From the IMG/VR virus record IMGVR_UViG_3300031715_000005: a stretch of 64,000 nt of DNA, one strand, 5' to 3'. A program made the translations under genes and the position numbers. Source of the stretch: an uncultured virus (IMG/VR IMGVR_UViG_3300031715_000005) (Duplodnaviria; Heunggongvirae; Uroviricota; Caudoviricetes). This document shows, in pieces, positions 49,201 through 58,810 of this stretch. The notes beneath the pieces were generated by a model. It ran no database searches. It was not told the DNA's origin and saw nothing but the letters and a program-made list of their open reading frames with translations. How positions within the stretch are numbered: position 1 is the stretch's first letter; every line of letters begins with the position of its first letter.

Positions 49201-52200
49201 GTTCGGCTTGGGCATCAAGCGGGGCTCTTGGGTCCGGGCAGTTTGTTCTTGGCGGTGGCGCTGGAAGCGCACCTACAACGAGTTTTTCCATTGTTCCTGC
49301 GGCCAACGGTGGGAGCGGAACGGCAAGTCCGGCGGCGCATACCGTCGCGCTGGCGGAAGGATCAAGCGCGTTCGCTTTCTCGGCGCCGTCGGCGAACGGG
49401 CAGTGCTTCATGTCCGCAGCCGCTAGCTTTGCCACAACCGATCCTTCTTTCCAAACGTGTCCAAGCGGTTTCAGCAATCCCATGACGACGTTGGGAGACA
49501 TTATTTACGAAAACGCGACTCCAGCGGCCGCACGGTTGGCTGGCAGCACATCGGCCACAATGGCGGGATTGACGCAAACTGGAAACGGAACGATTAGCGC
49601 GGCTCCGGTTTGGACAACGTACGCAGGTGGCGGAACGTCGCCCGTGGCGGCGACCGTGACGAGTCCGGCGCAGACGCAGCTCTTGATTTTCAACTCTTCG
49701 AATGTGTTGGTGAACAGTTATTCGGGAGTGAACGTTGATCAGCAAACGGGCAACTATACCTTAAGTTGCCCGACGGACCGGCTTGGCGAAGTGGAGTTCA
49801 ATATTTCTTCGGCGGCGACCTTAACTCTTCCGCAGGCCGGAAGCACGGCCTGTCTAGGAAGTAACATCGCGCTTGTCGTCCGCAATGCTTCCAGCTCGAC
49901 GGCGATACTGACCGTTTCGCCAACAACTTCGACCTTTCAACCGGAGGGCACGTCGTCGCTGTCGTTGGTTCCTGGAGCTGCGGTATTCGTCTATAGCGAT
50001 GCGACTTCGAGCACGGGAAATTATCACGACATCCCGATTGCCACGCCTCCCGGTGGAGTGAACGTACAAACGGCAAATTATACGCTGTCGTTGCTCGACA
50101 AAGATAAGTTGGTTTTGATGAATTGTTCGAGCGCCTGCACGGCGACTTTGCCGGCAACTCCTCCCTCCGTGAAATGGGTGACGCGCATTGCTTCGATTGG
50201 ATCGACGTTGGCGGCGGTGTCCTTGAATAGTTTGAATTTTAACGGCGGTGCGACGGCTCCTGCGTTGATCCGCTACATGCCGATTGAAGTTCGCACGGAT
50301 GGCACAAACTACTTTGGGGATGCTCCGCTGGTGGCGGGAGCGAACGTGACGTTGACCGCGGCTGCCAATGGAATCACGGTGGCGAGCAGTGGAAGCGGTT
50401 CGACGGCGTTCCCCTTGACGGTTTCCGGAACCGTCAATTCCGGCGGGATTCCTTATTTCAATTCGACCACGCAGGAATCTTCGTCGGCGGCTTTGACACA
50501 GTTCGGTGTAGTGTTCGGTGGCGGAGCTGGCGGGGCTCCGACTTCCAGCGCGCAGGGTGGGTCCAACTTTCCGTTGATCGGACAAGGCGCAGCCAATCCG
50601 ATTTTCTCAACGATTGCCTATCCCACGTCGCTCACATCAGGAGGGATTCTTTACGGTTCGAGTGCGACGGCTCTTTCCAGTTCCGGATTGCTTGGTGCCT
50701 CTAATATTGTGGTAGGCGGCGGAGCTGGTACGGCACCTTCGACGGATTCGAACGCGAGTCTTTCGGCGGGTGCTCTGACGCTTGGTGCTTCGGGCACGTT
50801 GGGATCAATCGTTCTTGGAAATGCGACGAGCGGCTTGCTTACGATCGAGCCGACTACCGGAGCGATCACGTCCTATACGATTGCTCTTCCCGTAGCTCAG
50901 CCGTCGGGGAGCAATACGTTTCTTTCTTGCACGGCCGCTAATCCGGCGGTATGCACCTGGGCAGCCGGCGGAGGCGGAGGGAGTTCGGCTTTTCCGATTA
51001 CGGTTTCGGGAACGGTAACTTCCGGCGGGATTCCTTATTTCAATTCGACCACGCAGGAATCTTCGTCGGCGTTGCTGGCTTCTGGAGGAGTTGTTCTTGG
51101 TGGCGGAACTGGCGGTGCGCCAAGTACTTCGACGGGGTTGACGTTCTCTTCGCCGACGCTGACTGTTGGAGTGGCGGGAACGACGACGGGAGTCTTAACG
51201 CTCGCATCTTCGACAGCCACGGGAAGCGTGAGTTTGACGCCTGCTTCAGCCGCTTCGGCGTTCACACTGACGTTGCCGGCAATCACGGATACTGTAGCGA
51301 CGTTAACGGCCACACAGACGTTGACGAATAAATCCATCGCCTTACAGCAAATCACTAGCGCGACCGGAGCGATAGCGACACTGGCGAACGGGAACAATCC
51401 GTTGACGATCAACTGTGCGTTGACGAGTGCGGTAGCGTGCGTGACCACGGGAGAAACGACGGCGGCGACAACTTCGGGAGCGGTCGAAGATCAAGTCACG
51501 ACGCTCACGACTTCCGCAGCGATTGCTCTTCAGTTGACGCAAGGGGCAGCGGGACCCGCCAACGGTGCGGCGCCGGCGGTGATCAATGTGACGGCTGCGG
51601 CCGCTGGTGGAGCTGCGGGTGCGAGCAATGCGGGCAGCACGGGCGCGCCGATTACTTTGCTGACTGGCGCGGGATCTGCCGGTGGCGCTACCACAGGGAA
51701 CGGAGGCAACGGCGGAATCTTTACGGTGACGCAAGGTGTAGGTGGTGCGGCTGGAGGGACCGCGACGAACAACGGTGGCAACGGTGGAGCACTGGCGTGG
51801 ACGACAGGTGCCGGGGGCGCCGGGGGGACAGGCGCCGGCACAGCTGGAAATGGCGGTGGAGTGACGTTTACTTTAGGAGCACCCGGAGCAAATAGTTCGA
51901 CGGGAACAGCCGGAACGGTAGGACAGTTCAACGTGACTGGCAATGCACCGGCATCCACGGCGAATGCGACAGGCGTTTCGGCGGGGACGACGTTCGTGGT
52001 GACGGGTGTTGCCGGCGGAGCTTCTTCGAACGCGGCGGGTACGGCCGGTGTGGGGTCTATAGCAACGATCAACGGTGGTGTAGGTGGCGCCGGGACGGGT
52101 ACCAATGCCGTCGGCGGAGCCGGAGGCGGTGTCAACCTCAATGCTGGAAACGGCGGTGCTTCGCTTGGCACGGGAGCCAATTCGAATGGTGCAAGCATTA

Positions 52201-53867
52201 CGCTGACACCAGGCATTGCCGGAACGGGTGGATCAGGAACAGCCGGAAAGGCTGGAGTTGTCTCGGTAGCTGGACCAAACGCGGGATTTGTGGGATTCAC
52301 GCAAGGGTCAGCCAACACGACGGCAAACACGAATATCCCGGCGAATACCGTGTTTTTCCAAGCTCCTACGTCGGTGACAGCTTATAGCGTGACGCTGCCG
52401 GGAGCGGCCGCGACGGGTTTTCCATTCTGGACGAATGCTTCGGGAGTGGTGACGGAAAGCATAGTGGCCACGATTCCTCTAAACGATATCGTAAGCCCAA
52501 CCGGAGCCGTGGCGACGTTCGCCCTAGGAACCAACGTGGTGACGTTGAATTGCGCCACTACAAGCGCGGTGAACTGCGTGACGATGGGGGAGACAACGGC
52601 GGCGACGACGAGCGGCTCTGTAGAAACGCAGATTTCTACGCTCACGACTTCGCAAGCCATTCCCTTGCAATTGACCCAAGGAGCGGCTGGACCTGCGGTC
52701 GCGAATGCGCCAGCTGTCATTAATGTTTCGGCGGCGGCTACGGGTGGCGCGGCGACTGCTTCCGTGAATGGCTTTGTCGGGGCGCCAATCACTTTGATCA
52801 CCGGCGCGGGATCGGCTGGAGGTTCTACCACCGGGAACGGCGGTACGGGTGGAGCTTTTAACCTTACGACGGGCGCTGGAGGTGCGCACGGTGGCACTAC
52901 GACGAATACGGGCGGTATCGGAGGTGCAATCAACCTCACCACGGGCGCTGGCACCGCGGGAGCCGCAACAGGAGCCGGAGCGGCGGCCGGAGCTTTGGTT
53001 TTCGCGGGTGGCACGGGTGGAGCTGGCGGCTCGACTTCCGGCACGGGCGGCGCTGGAGGAGATTTCCTGGTTACGACCGGCACGGGCGGCGCGGCGACTT
53101 CGGGAAGCACAACCGGGCGAGGCGGAAACTTTATCGTGACTCTCGGAAGCGCCGGCGGAACAGGCACGGCTGGTGCGCCGGGGCAATTCGAAGTTTTCGG
53201 GGGAACGGTTGGAGCTGCGAACGTCACTCCATTCGTGAACGTAACGGGTACTTGGAATACCACGGGCACGGTGGACGCGGCGATTTTTGCGAATATCACC
53301 AATACAGCTTCAGGCGCGAGTTCGTTGCTGGAAGATTTGCAAGTCGGTAGCGCCAGCAAGTTCAGTGTGGACAAAAATGGTCTTGTCACGGCCGGATCAA
53401 TCTCGCAGTCGGGCGGGACCCAAATTATTTCCGGAGCGGATTACACAAACTCCACCACCACGCCGTCTACAGTTTTTAGTTGGACGCTTCCAGCAACCGC
53501 TTCGGCAAAAACGTACCGCTTTTCCTGCGATATCATGTGGGAGAGCACGAACACGACGCTTGTCGGTCCAGTTTTCGGAGTGAATATATCAGCAGCTCCA
53601 ACGCAGTTGACAGCAAATGCCTCTGTTCAAAATACTCTTGCTGGCGCGGATATAAACGGCTATCTGAGCAACACGACAACCGGGTCACAGACATTAGTAA
53701 CTAGCAGCGCAGCGGGAGTAACCAGCACAAATTATTGGGCAAAGATTTGGGGCACGATTGAAGGAGCCCCGGTTGCGGGAAGCACGTTCATTATCAATGC
53801 GGCTTCGACAAGCGGAACGACGGCGACGTTGAATATTCGGAGAGGCTCCGGATGCACCTTAAACTAG
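46293..53867 (+). CDS. Giant (2524 aa) signal-peptide fibre/adhesin
   Basis: MKFIRWATFIFVVCLFSGAAHA-Q; VTSVFGRTGAV fibre repeats; duplicated modules; Gly-rich GGxGG tracts. Confidence 0.85.
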   Translation: MKFIRWATFIFVVCLFSGAAHAQQIAGPPCATSGNVSFQVPNIGNTTNWGYCLNFDLTLLDQLLGGTAPLQLGSTTPSVVGHTNWLTSNTSLLTITNLTGGFPGQTVRLICGASDTFTQIVADANIEVVSSWSCASSPSLTLTLVNGKWIEQGRGGGGGGGSGSVTNVSAGNLSPLFTTSVSSPSFTPNITFAQLSVSGNTVFGNFSGSSAVPSFGSLTISMIPVIPLATGVSGTLPHGSLPTLLSGDIPNNAANTSGNAATATALAATPSNCGAGVAAIGILANGNATGCFTPPVTSVFGRTGAVVAATNDYSFSQISGTLGSGQFGPLTGDVTTSGYAATLAASGVTAGSCGDSTHSCSITVDAKGRVTAQSNNSISGGGAVTSVFGRTGAVAAQSGDYSYSQISGTPTLFYQTIDSNATAQTQRPIVNLIPGTNMTISCVDNSGATRTDCTFTASATSATAWSALTPSTNSTSGTFSSSGNTWDFGAATSFKLPVASGSTPTASGVAGFDSLNQKWVFGQNGSTVSFGLASSSACAANQFVNTPATAIASASCAQPSFANISGTVAASQLPNPSSSTLGGIESYAAVSHQWINAISTSGVPSSTQPSLADIATGTAGAVMTFPGADFIAGGVNLQSGTTYVIASGDENRLTVFTSATAVAVTLPQTTTTGFGNGAIFQVFARGSGAVTITPTTSTINGNATVVLNQGQGAWIESDGTNYSAWVSAAPSGSGTVTSVAQTFTGGLISVGGSPITSSGTLSLTVAGTSGGIPCFTSSSAWASSGALTANGVVYGGGAGVCPSATAASTTVTNALFATAGAPGFRNIGTSDTSVFWFATDSGAANAYVLSPSPVVTALTTGTQVSFTTTHANTGGSTLNVSGLGVKNITKFGTNALVSGDILSGVVYVVTYDGTEWQLDDPSSADGTVTSVAQTFTGGLISVTGSPITNSGTLALTVAGTSGGIPYFSSSSAWASSGALGSGQFVLGGGAGSAPTTSFSIVPAANGGSGTASPAAHTVALAEGSSAFAFSAPSANGQCFMSAAASFATTDPSFQTCPSGFSNPMTTLGDIIYENATPAAARLAGSTSATMAGLTQTGNGTISAAPVWTTYAGGGTSPVAATVTSPAQTQLLIFNSSNVLVNSYSGVNVDQQTGNYTLSCPTDRLGEVEFNISSAATLTLPQAGSTACLGSNIALVVRNASSSTAILTVSPTTSTFQPEGTSSLSLVPGAAVFVYSDATSSTGNYHDIPIATPPGGVNVQTANYTLSLLDKDKLVLMNCSSACTATLPATPPSVKWVTRIASIGSTLAAVSLNSLNFNGGATAPALIRYMPIEVRTDGTNYFGDAPLVAGANVTLTAAANGITVASSGSGSTAFPLTVSGTVNSGGIPYFNSTTQESSSAALTQFGVVFGGGAGGAPTSSAQGGSNFPLIGQGAANPIFSTIAYPTSLTSGGILYGSSATALSSSGLLGASNIVVGGGAGTAPSTDSNASLSAGALTLGASGTLGSIVLGNATSGLLTIEPTTGAITSYTIALPVAQPSGSNTFLSCTAANPAVCTWAAGGGGGSSAFPITVSGTVTSGGIPYFNSTTQESSSALLASGGVVLGGGTGGAPSTSTGLTFSSPTLTVGVAGTTTGVLTLASSTATGSVSLTPASAASAFTLTLPAITDTVATLTATQTLTNKSIALQQITSATGAIATLANGNNPLTINCALTSAVACVTTGETTAATTSGAVEDQVTTLTTSAAIALQLTQGAAGPANGAAPAVINVTAAAAGGAAGASNAGSTGAPITLLTGAGSAGGATTGNGGNGGIFTVTQGVGGAAGGTATNNGGNGGALAWTTGAGGAGGTGAGTAGNGGGVTFTLGAPGANSSTGTAGTVGQFNVTGNAPASTANATGVSAGTTFVVTGVAGGASSNAAGTAGVGSIATINGGVGGAGTGTNAVGGAGGGVNLNAGNGGASLGTGANSNGASITLTPGIAGTGGSGTAGKAGVVSVAGPNAGFVGFTQGSANTTANTNIPANTVFFQAPTSVTAYSVTLPGAAATGFPFWTNASGVVTESIVATIPLNDIVSPTGAVATFALGTNVVTLNCATTSAVNCVTMGETTAATTSGSVETQISTLTTSQAIPLQLTQGAAGPAVANAPAVINVSAAATGGAATASVNGFVGAPITLITGAGSAGGSTTGNGGTGGAFNLTTGAGGAHGGTTTNTGGIGGAINLTTGAGTAGAATGAGAAAGALVFAGGTGGAGGSTSGTGGAGGDFLVTTGTGGAATSGSTTGRGGNFIVTLGSAGGTGTAGAPGQFEVFGGTVGAANVTPFVNVTGTWNTTGTVDAAIFANITNTASGASSLLEDLQVGSASKFSVDKNGLVTAGSISQSGGTQIISGADYTNSTTTPSTVFSWTLPATASAKTYRFSCDIMWESTNTTLVGPVFGVNISAAPTQLTANASVQNTLAGADINGYLSNTTTGSQTLVTSSAAGVTSTNYWAKIWGTIEGAPVAGSTFIINAASTSGTTATLNIRRGSGCTLN
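46571..46628. repeat. 58-bp exact repeat, copy 2
   Basis: Identical to 25879-25936. Confidence 0.9.
50438..51071. repeat. 52-bp exact direct repeat (50438-50489 and 51020-51071)
   Basis: TTCCGGCGGGATTCCTTATTTCAATTCGACCACGCAGGAATCTTCGTCGGCG. Confidence 0.85.
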
Positions 53868-54670
53868 GTCGAATCTCATTTCTGATTTTGTTGGTGGCCT
53901 TCTTCTGTTCTCCGGCGAAGGCTAATCCTGTCCAGACATGCAACGTGAGTGCTAGTTCGACGACGAGTACGAGTTGCACGCTGAATGCGACGACCGTTGC
54001 GGCTGGAGATTTGCTTACATGCGGCGTGATGTGGGGCAACGTGATCAGTGGGGAGACGTTTGCGGTCAGTGATCCCACGAATGGGACCTACACCGCAATC
54101 ACGGGGACTCCGCTCAATGACACCGGCCCTTCCAATTCGCTGTATGGGGCATGGGTCAAAAATAGTACGTCCAATGCGACGTTGACGATCACGATAACCA
54201 TGACGGGCAGCGGTGGTTCGCATACGATTCGCATGGGCTGTTACGAGTATCATTCAGCGACGGGTTGGCCGACGAACCCGGTAGATACGCAAGCGGCTTC
54301 GACTTGTGCGGCAGCCTTCACTTGCACAACGTCGAGCATCACGCCTTCCGTGACGGGCGAGCTGGTGTTTGCGGCGTGGATCATGCAAGGCACTCCGGCG
54401 GCGAGCAGCTTCACGGTTTCGGCCGGATGCGCGGAACAGGATGCCGGGGGAACGGCCGGAACTGGTTGGGGATCGCAGACGCGCGCAACGGGCGCGGACA
54501 ATGAAAATTCGGGAAACACGTCCACAAATTGCACGATTAACTGGACGACTACCACTTCGGGAACGGCATTTTATATCGTGGCGTTCAAGCCGAATGCGGG
54601 AAGCGGAATCGTGAGCAATTTGACCGTGGGGGGGAACGCAGTCGTTGGAGGAAAGGTGGTAGTTTACTAA
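53852..54670 (+). CDS. Signal-peptide beta-rich protein
   Basis: Leader ending PAKA-N; 8 Cys in the mature part. Confidence 0.8.
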   Translation: MHLKLGRISFLILLVAFFCSPAKANPVQTCNVSASSTTSTSCTLNATTVAAGDLLTCGVMWGNVISGETFAVSDPTNGTYTAITGTPLNDTGPSNSLYGAWVKNSTSNATLTITITMTGSGGSHTIRMGCYEYHSATGWPTNPVDTQAASTCAAAFTCTTSSITPSVTGELVFAAWIMQGTPAASSFTVSAGCAEQDAGGTAGTGWGSQTRATGADNENSGNTSTNCTINWTTTTSGTAFYIVAFKPNAGSGIVSNLTVGGNAVVGGKVVVY

Positions 54671-57600
54671 TGTTTTCCGTCAAGAAAATAGCTTTGCTGG
54701 TGGGAGCCTGCCTTCTTTTCTCAATTTCTTCTCCGGCGCAGAGTCCTCCGCCGACAATCTTCTTCACCGATTTGGACAGTGGGCCAAACAGCGGGGGAGA
54801 AAGTGTCAGCGGGTTCGCCGGCGCGTACGTGACTATTTACGGGAATTTCTTTGGGACTTCCCAGGGCAGCTCAACGATCACTTGGAACGGGCTGAATTGC
54901 TTACGCGTGTTGCCGGTAACGGGAAATTACACGGGATGGGGCATGGCGCACCTGTGGTATCAGGAAATTATCGTGCAGATCGGTCCAACGTGCACGGCGG
55001 CTACGGGAAGTTTCGTCGTCACGACGACAAACGGATCATCGAACGGGTTGGCGTTCACGGTCCGGAGCGGAAACATCTATTGTATTTCCAATTCGGGAAG
55101 CGATAGCAACAGCGGCGCTTTCCCAAGCTCCTGTTTTGCAACGCCGAAGTTTGCCTTCACCAAAATGAATGCGGGAGACACCGCTTATTGGGAAGGGGGC
55201 GTAGTCGTTTCTTCGGGTGGAAGTTTTTCCGCTTTGGATTGGGGCGCCAGCGGGACGGCCGGGAATCCGGTAGCGATGGTGTCTTATCCGGGAGCTTCAC
55301 CGCAACCAGGGGTGCAGTGCAACCCCTGCCAGGACGGGTATGCAATCCGGGCCGCGCAGGGTTTCCCGGCTCAGGATAACTACCTCACGATGGCGGGGCT
55401 TTTCATTTCCGGAGATACATTCGCTTGGTTCTCGGAGTATGGAGGGACGAATCAGCGGTTTGTAGGGAACAAATTCACTTGTGTGGGAAATTCCGCAGCC
55501 GTCGGCTGTTTCCAGACTAGTCAGCAGACGTTCATCAAGTACTACGGAAACGAAGTCACCGGAATCGTGGCGGGAACACAGAGCGGCGGCAATGGGACCT
55601 CGAAGCAATACCACGCTGTCTACTTTTGCACCGACACGAATCACATCGAAGAAGCTTGGAACTCGATCCATGACAACCTGAGCTGCAACGCTACCCAGGT
55701 CCATTCCTCGCCGGTGAATGGGACGACGGGTTTCGATCAGTACGACATTTCGATTCACGACAATCTTGTCCACGACGAACCGTGCACGGCTTTTCTTCTG
55801 GCCACGGTAGATCCCTCGCAGGGGAAAGTCGAGCTGTACAACAATGTCATTTATCACGTAGGAATTGGGCCGGCTCCGGCGGATGGCGAAGAAAGCGAAA
55901 CGTGTTTCCGATTTGCTCAGATCATCAATAATTCTCCGCCCCTGCCAAGCGGGACTGCGGAGGTTTATAACAATACGTGCGTGGACGCGGGTTCGTTCGT
56001 GGGAGCATTCGGGCATTCGGGATCGCTTGGCCTCGATTCCGGATCGACGGACATTGCCGTGCGATTCCGAAATAATATTTTCTATCAACTGTCGGGAGAG
56101 TTTTTCACGAACAGTGGAAGCGTGCCTGCCGCTAATGCTCCTCCGCTGTCCGGCTCCAACAATGTGTGGTTTGGGGGAAACCAGACAGCCCCTTCTTTTA
56201 CGACAGGGAATCTGACGGCCGATCCGCTGTTCATCAATCGTTCGGTGAACAACCTGCACATACAAACAACGAGCGAGGCGGTGAAGGCCGGAACGCTCAT
56301 CAGCAATGCGACGACGTACAAAAGCTATCCGCCGTACCAGGGAAGCACGCCGATTGATCACGACAGCATCCGCAGGTCGAATGCGCCTTCGATTGGAGCA
56401 TACGAATTGGGGACGTTGCCGACGTTCGTTTACAGTGCGGTCGCGCCGTTGGCGATTCCTTCTGGAAGCGGATTCAGTGGTCCTAGCTCTTGCACGTCGG
56501 GTAATCCCTGCTACCGGATTCCGGTAGATCCCACGGCAATTACAGCGGGAAGCACGATCCTGCTTTCCTTTGGATACGACAGTACGAGCAGCAATCAGGT
56601 GTTTACGGTCACGGACGATCAAAGCGACACGTACACACTCGATGTGACTTCCTCGCAGAGCAACAATAAGACGCTGAAAATCTACCGGGCCGTGAACGTC
56701 GCCGCAGGAGTGCATTACATCAACGTGCAACTCACTAGCGGAGCGGCCAACGGATATTGGCAGGGACAAGTAGCTGTCTTTTACAATGCGAACAGTTTAG
56801 ATGTGGCATCCTGCAACGCGGCCACTTCCACGACGGTCAGCGCCGGCAGCATGGTCGTGACTACCAGCGGGGACCTGATTTTTCAGGCGACCTATGCTTC
56901 AGCTCAAAATTCGGAGTCGTCGTTTACGGTTGGGTCACAAACCAATATTTCCTGGAATCTGGCTTCGACGCTGTTGGGCGATGGAGCCGCAAGCCAGTAC
57001 GGAGTCTACAATTCGACTTCGGCCATCAATCCGACGTTCACGCAAGCTTCCTCGAATGCGTACATCAGTTGCGCGGTGGCTTTGCTGGCCAATGCGACGG
57101 GAAGCGCGCCGACAACGATTCCTCGCGTGGTTCATCAGGAACACGACGCCATGCCGAAAAATTCAGCGAGTCCGTGGCACGTGGGCTTCGTTTTGGATGT
57201 CCCCAATTCGGCCGTGTATCTGTCCTATGTTGGCAACGATTCGATTTCGAGCGTGAGTTCGAGCCCTTCGCCTACCGGCACGGCCTGGACGGCGAGCGGA
57301 TCGGATTTCACGGGGTTGAACGGCCACAATCACGTCAACTTTTACTGCGCGAGTTGGACCAGTCCGCCGGGATTTGTGAACCTCAGTATCAGCCGCGGCG
57401 GGACTTCGAACGACTCGATCAATATGATCTACGTCGTCCAGAACGCGACCTGCAACCTCGATGTGGATTCAGCGGGCCAATCCGGGAATCAAACATCCGC
57501 AGGGTCATTGACCGTCTGTACGTCGTGTCTGACACCGACGAAACAAAATGATTTCATCATGTCCGAGGGTGGACAGGCGTTTTGCACGGCGACGAGCGCG

Positions 57601-58149
57601 ACGTCGCCTTCGAATGCAAATTTTTCGACCGTTTGGTACACCGGCAATACGGTTGACGGCCCGACACAGACGGATGAAAATAATTTTTGGTCCTTCCTCT
57701 ACAATGGCAGCAGCCTTAGCGCGTTCACGATCACTTACGCGGAATCTTGCGATAACCCGCAGGGAGATTGGGCCAATCGCGTAGCCGCCTATCAGTCGTC
57801 GGCGAACGTGGCGGCTTCTGTCCCGACGTTTTCTCCCGTGGCAGGAACCTATGGCGGTGCGCAGTCAGTCACACTCAGCACGTCGTCCAGCGGTGCGGTG
57901 ATCTGCTACACGACGAATGGAACGACGCCGACGACAAATGGAACAACGGGTTGCACGGCGGGGACTTTGTATTCGGCGGCAATCGTTGTGAACACCACGG
58001 AAACGATTGAGGCCGTTGCTGGAGGAACAGGTTACACGGATTCGGGAATTGGGACGGCGGCATATACGATCAACGCAACACCTCTGGCGGCCGCTCCCTC
58101 TATTTTTGCAGGAAATTTGAACGTCTCGGGACAAGTAATAGTCAAGTGA
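54670..58149 (+). CDS. Signal-peptide multidomain protein: IPT/TIG, beta-helix, beta-sandwiches and chitobiase-C-like Ig domain
   Basis: VTIYGNFFG; IHDNLVHD/LYNNVIY/VYNNTC/FRNNIF repeats; PSIGAYE; PTFSPVAGTY..ICYTTNGTTP. Confidence 0.8.
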   Translation: MFSVKKIALLVGACLLFSISSPAQSPPPTIFFTDLDSGPNSGGESVSGFAGAYVTIYGNFFGTSQGSSTITWNGLNCLRVLPVTGNYTGWGMAHLWYQEIIVQIGPTCTAATGSFVVTTTNGSSNGLAFTVRSGNIYCISNSGSDSNSGAFPSSCFATPKFAFTKMNAGDTAYWEGGVVVSSGGSFSALDWGASGTAGNPVAMVSYPGASPQPGVQCNPCQDGYAIRAAQGFPAQDNYLTMAGLFISGDTFAWFSEYGGTNQRFVGNKFTCVGNSAAVGCFQTSQQTFIKYYGNEVTGIVAGTQSGGNGTSKQYHAVYFCTDTNHIEEAWNSIHDNLSCNATQVHSSPVNGTTGFDQYDISIHDNLVHDEPCTAFLLATVDPSQGKVELYNNVIYHVGIGPAPADGEESETCFRFAQIINNSPPLPSGTAEVYNNTCVDAGSFVGAFGHSGSLGLDSGSTDIAVRFRNNIFYQLSGEFFTNSGSVPAANAPPLSGSNNVWFGGNQTAPSFTTGNLTADPLFINRSVNNLHIQTTSEAVKAGTLISNATTYKSYPPYQGSTPIDHDSIRRSNAPSIGAYELGTLPTFVYSAVAPLAIPSGSGFSGPSSCTSGNPCYRIPVDPTAITAGSTILLSFGYDSTSSNQVFTVTDDQSDTYTLDVTSSQSNNKTLKIYRAVNVAAGVHYINVQLTSGAANGYWQGQVAVFYNANSLDVASCNAATSTTVSAGSMVVTTSGDLIFQATYASAQNSESSFTVGSQTNISWNLASTLLGDGAASQYGVYNSTSAINPTFTQASSNAYISCAVALLANATGSAPTTIPRVVHQEHDAMPKNSASPWHVGFVLDVPNSAVYLSYVGNDSISSVSSSPSPTGTAWTASGSDFTGLNGHNHVNFYCASWTSPPGFVNLSISRGGTSNDSINMIYVVQNATCNLDVDSAGQSGNQTSAGSLTVCTSCLTPTKQNDFIMSEGGQAFCTATSATSPSNANFSTVWYTGNTVDGPTQTDENNFWSFLYNGSSLSAFTITYAESCDNPQGDWANRVAAYQSSANVAASVPTFSPVAGTYGGAQSVTLSTSSSGAVICYTTNGTTPTTNGTTGCTAGTLYSAAIVVNTTETIEAVAGGTGYTDSGIGTAAYTINATPLAAAPSIFAGNLNVSGQVIVK

Positions 58150-58158
58150 GGAGATGAA

Positions 58159-58632
58159 ATGAAAAAGCTTGCATCGGGAATTTTGCTGTGTTTGGTTTTT
58201 TTGGTCGGTCTGGAAACTTCGCGCGTGGCGCGGGTTCATGCGCAAACGGCGGAGGCGGCTACATTCCAGGGACTAGCGGCGCACACGACTTGCTTGACAC
58301 CCGTGACTGGTTCGTATTTCCTGTGCGTGGCATCCGATGGAATTTGGGTTAGCAACAACGGCGCCGCTTATTTCCAGGTGGTCGCCTCGTCGGGAACGGC
58401 CGGAGTCACTTCCTTTAATGGAAGGACAGGGGCAGTCGTTCCGACGGCGGGCGACTACAGCTTTTCGCTTTTGAGCGGGAGCGCGACGGCTTCACAGGTT
58501 CCGCCAGCGGTCAATTCGCTGACAGTTTGCAATGCGGCCGGGACTACGTGCGGATCGGCACAGACCGGGGCAATCTCTCTCTCGATCCCTAAGACGGTTA
58601 CGGTGGCGGCTCCCACGGCCACGCTGCAATGA
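58159..58632 (+). CDS. Signal-peptide small fibre-like protein
   Basis: Leader ending VHA-Q; VTSFNGRTGAVVPTAGDYSFS repeat shared with 46293. Confidence 0.8.
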   Translation: MKKLASGILLCLVFLVGLETSRVARVHAQTAEAATFQGLAAHTTCLTPVTGSYFLCVASDGIWVSNNGAAYFQVVASSGTAGVTSFNGRTGAVVPTAGDYSFSLLSGSATASQVPPAVNSLTVCNAAGTTCGSAQTGAISLSIPKTVTVAAPTATLQ

Positions 58633-58802
58633 TCGAAAGGCGCGAACAAAACCGGAAAGTCAAGACGAAGGCATTTCTGATCGTGATGATCTCGTTTTTG
58701 GTGGTGAAGATTGTCGGAGAGCACTATCAATCGGTGGATCATTACTCGCATTTGGCTGTTCTGGCTTTTCTCGGTGCTCGCATCTTTCTCAGGGATATCT
58801 AG
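58629..58802 (+). CDS. Small membrane protein (57 aa)
   Basis: ATGA overlap; two hydrophobic stretches; translated by hand. Confidence 0.5.
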   Translation: MIERREQNRKVKTKAFLIVMISFLVVKIVGEHYQSVDHYSHLAVLAFLGARIFLRDI

Positions 58803-58810
58803 GGGCCATA

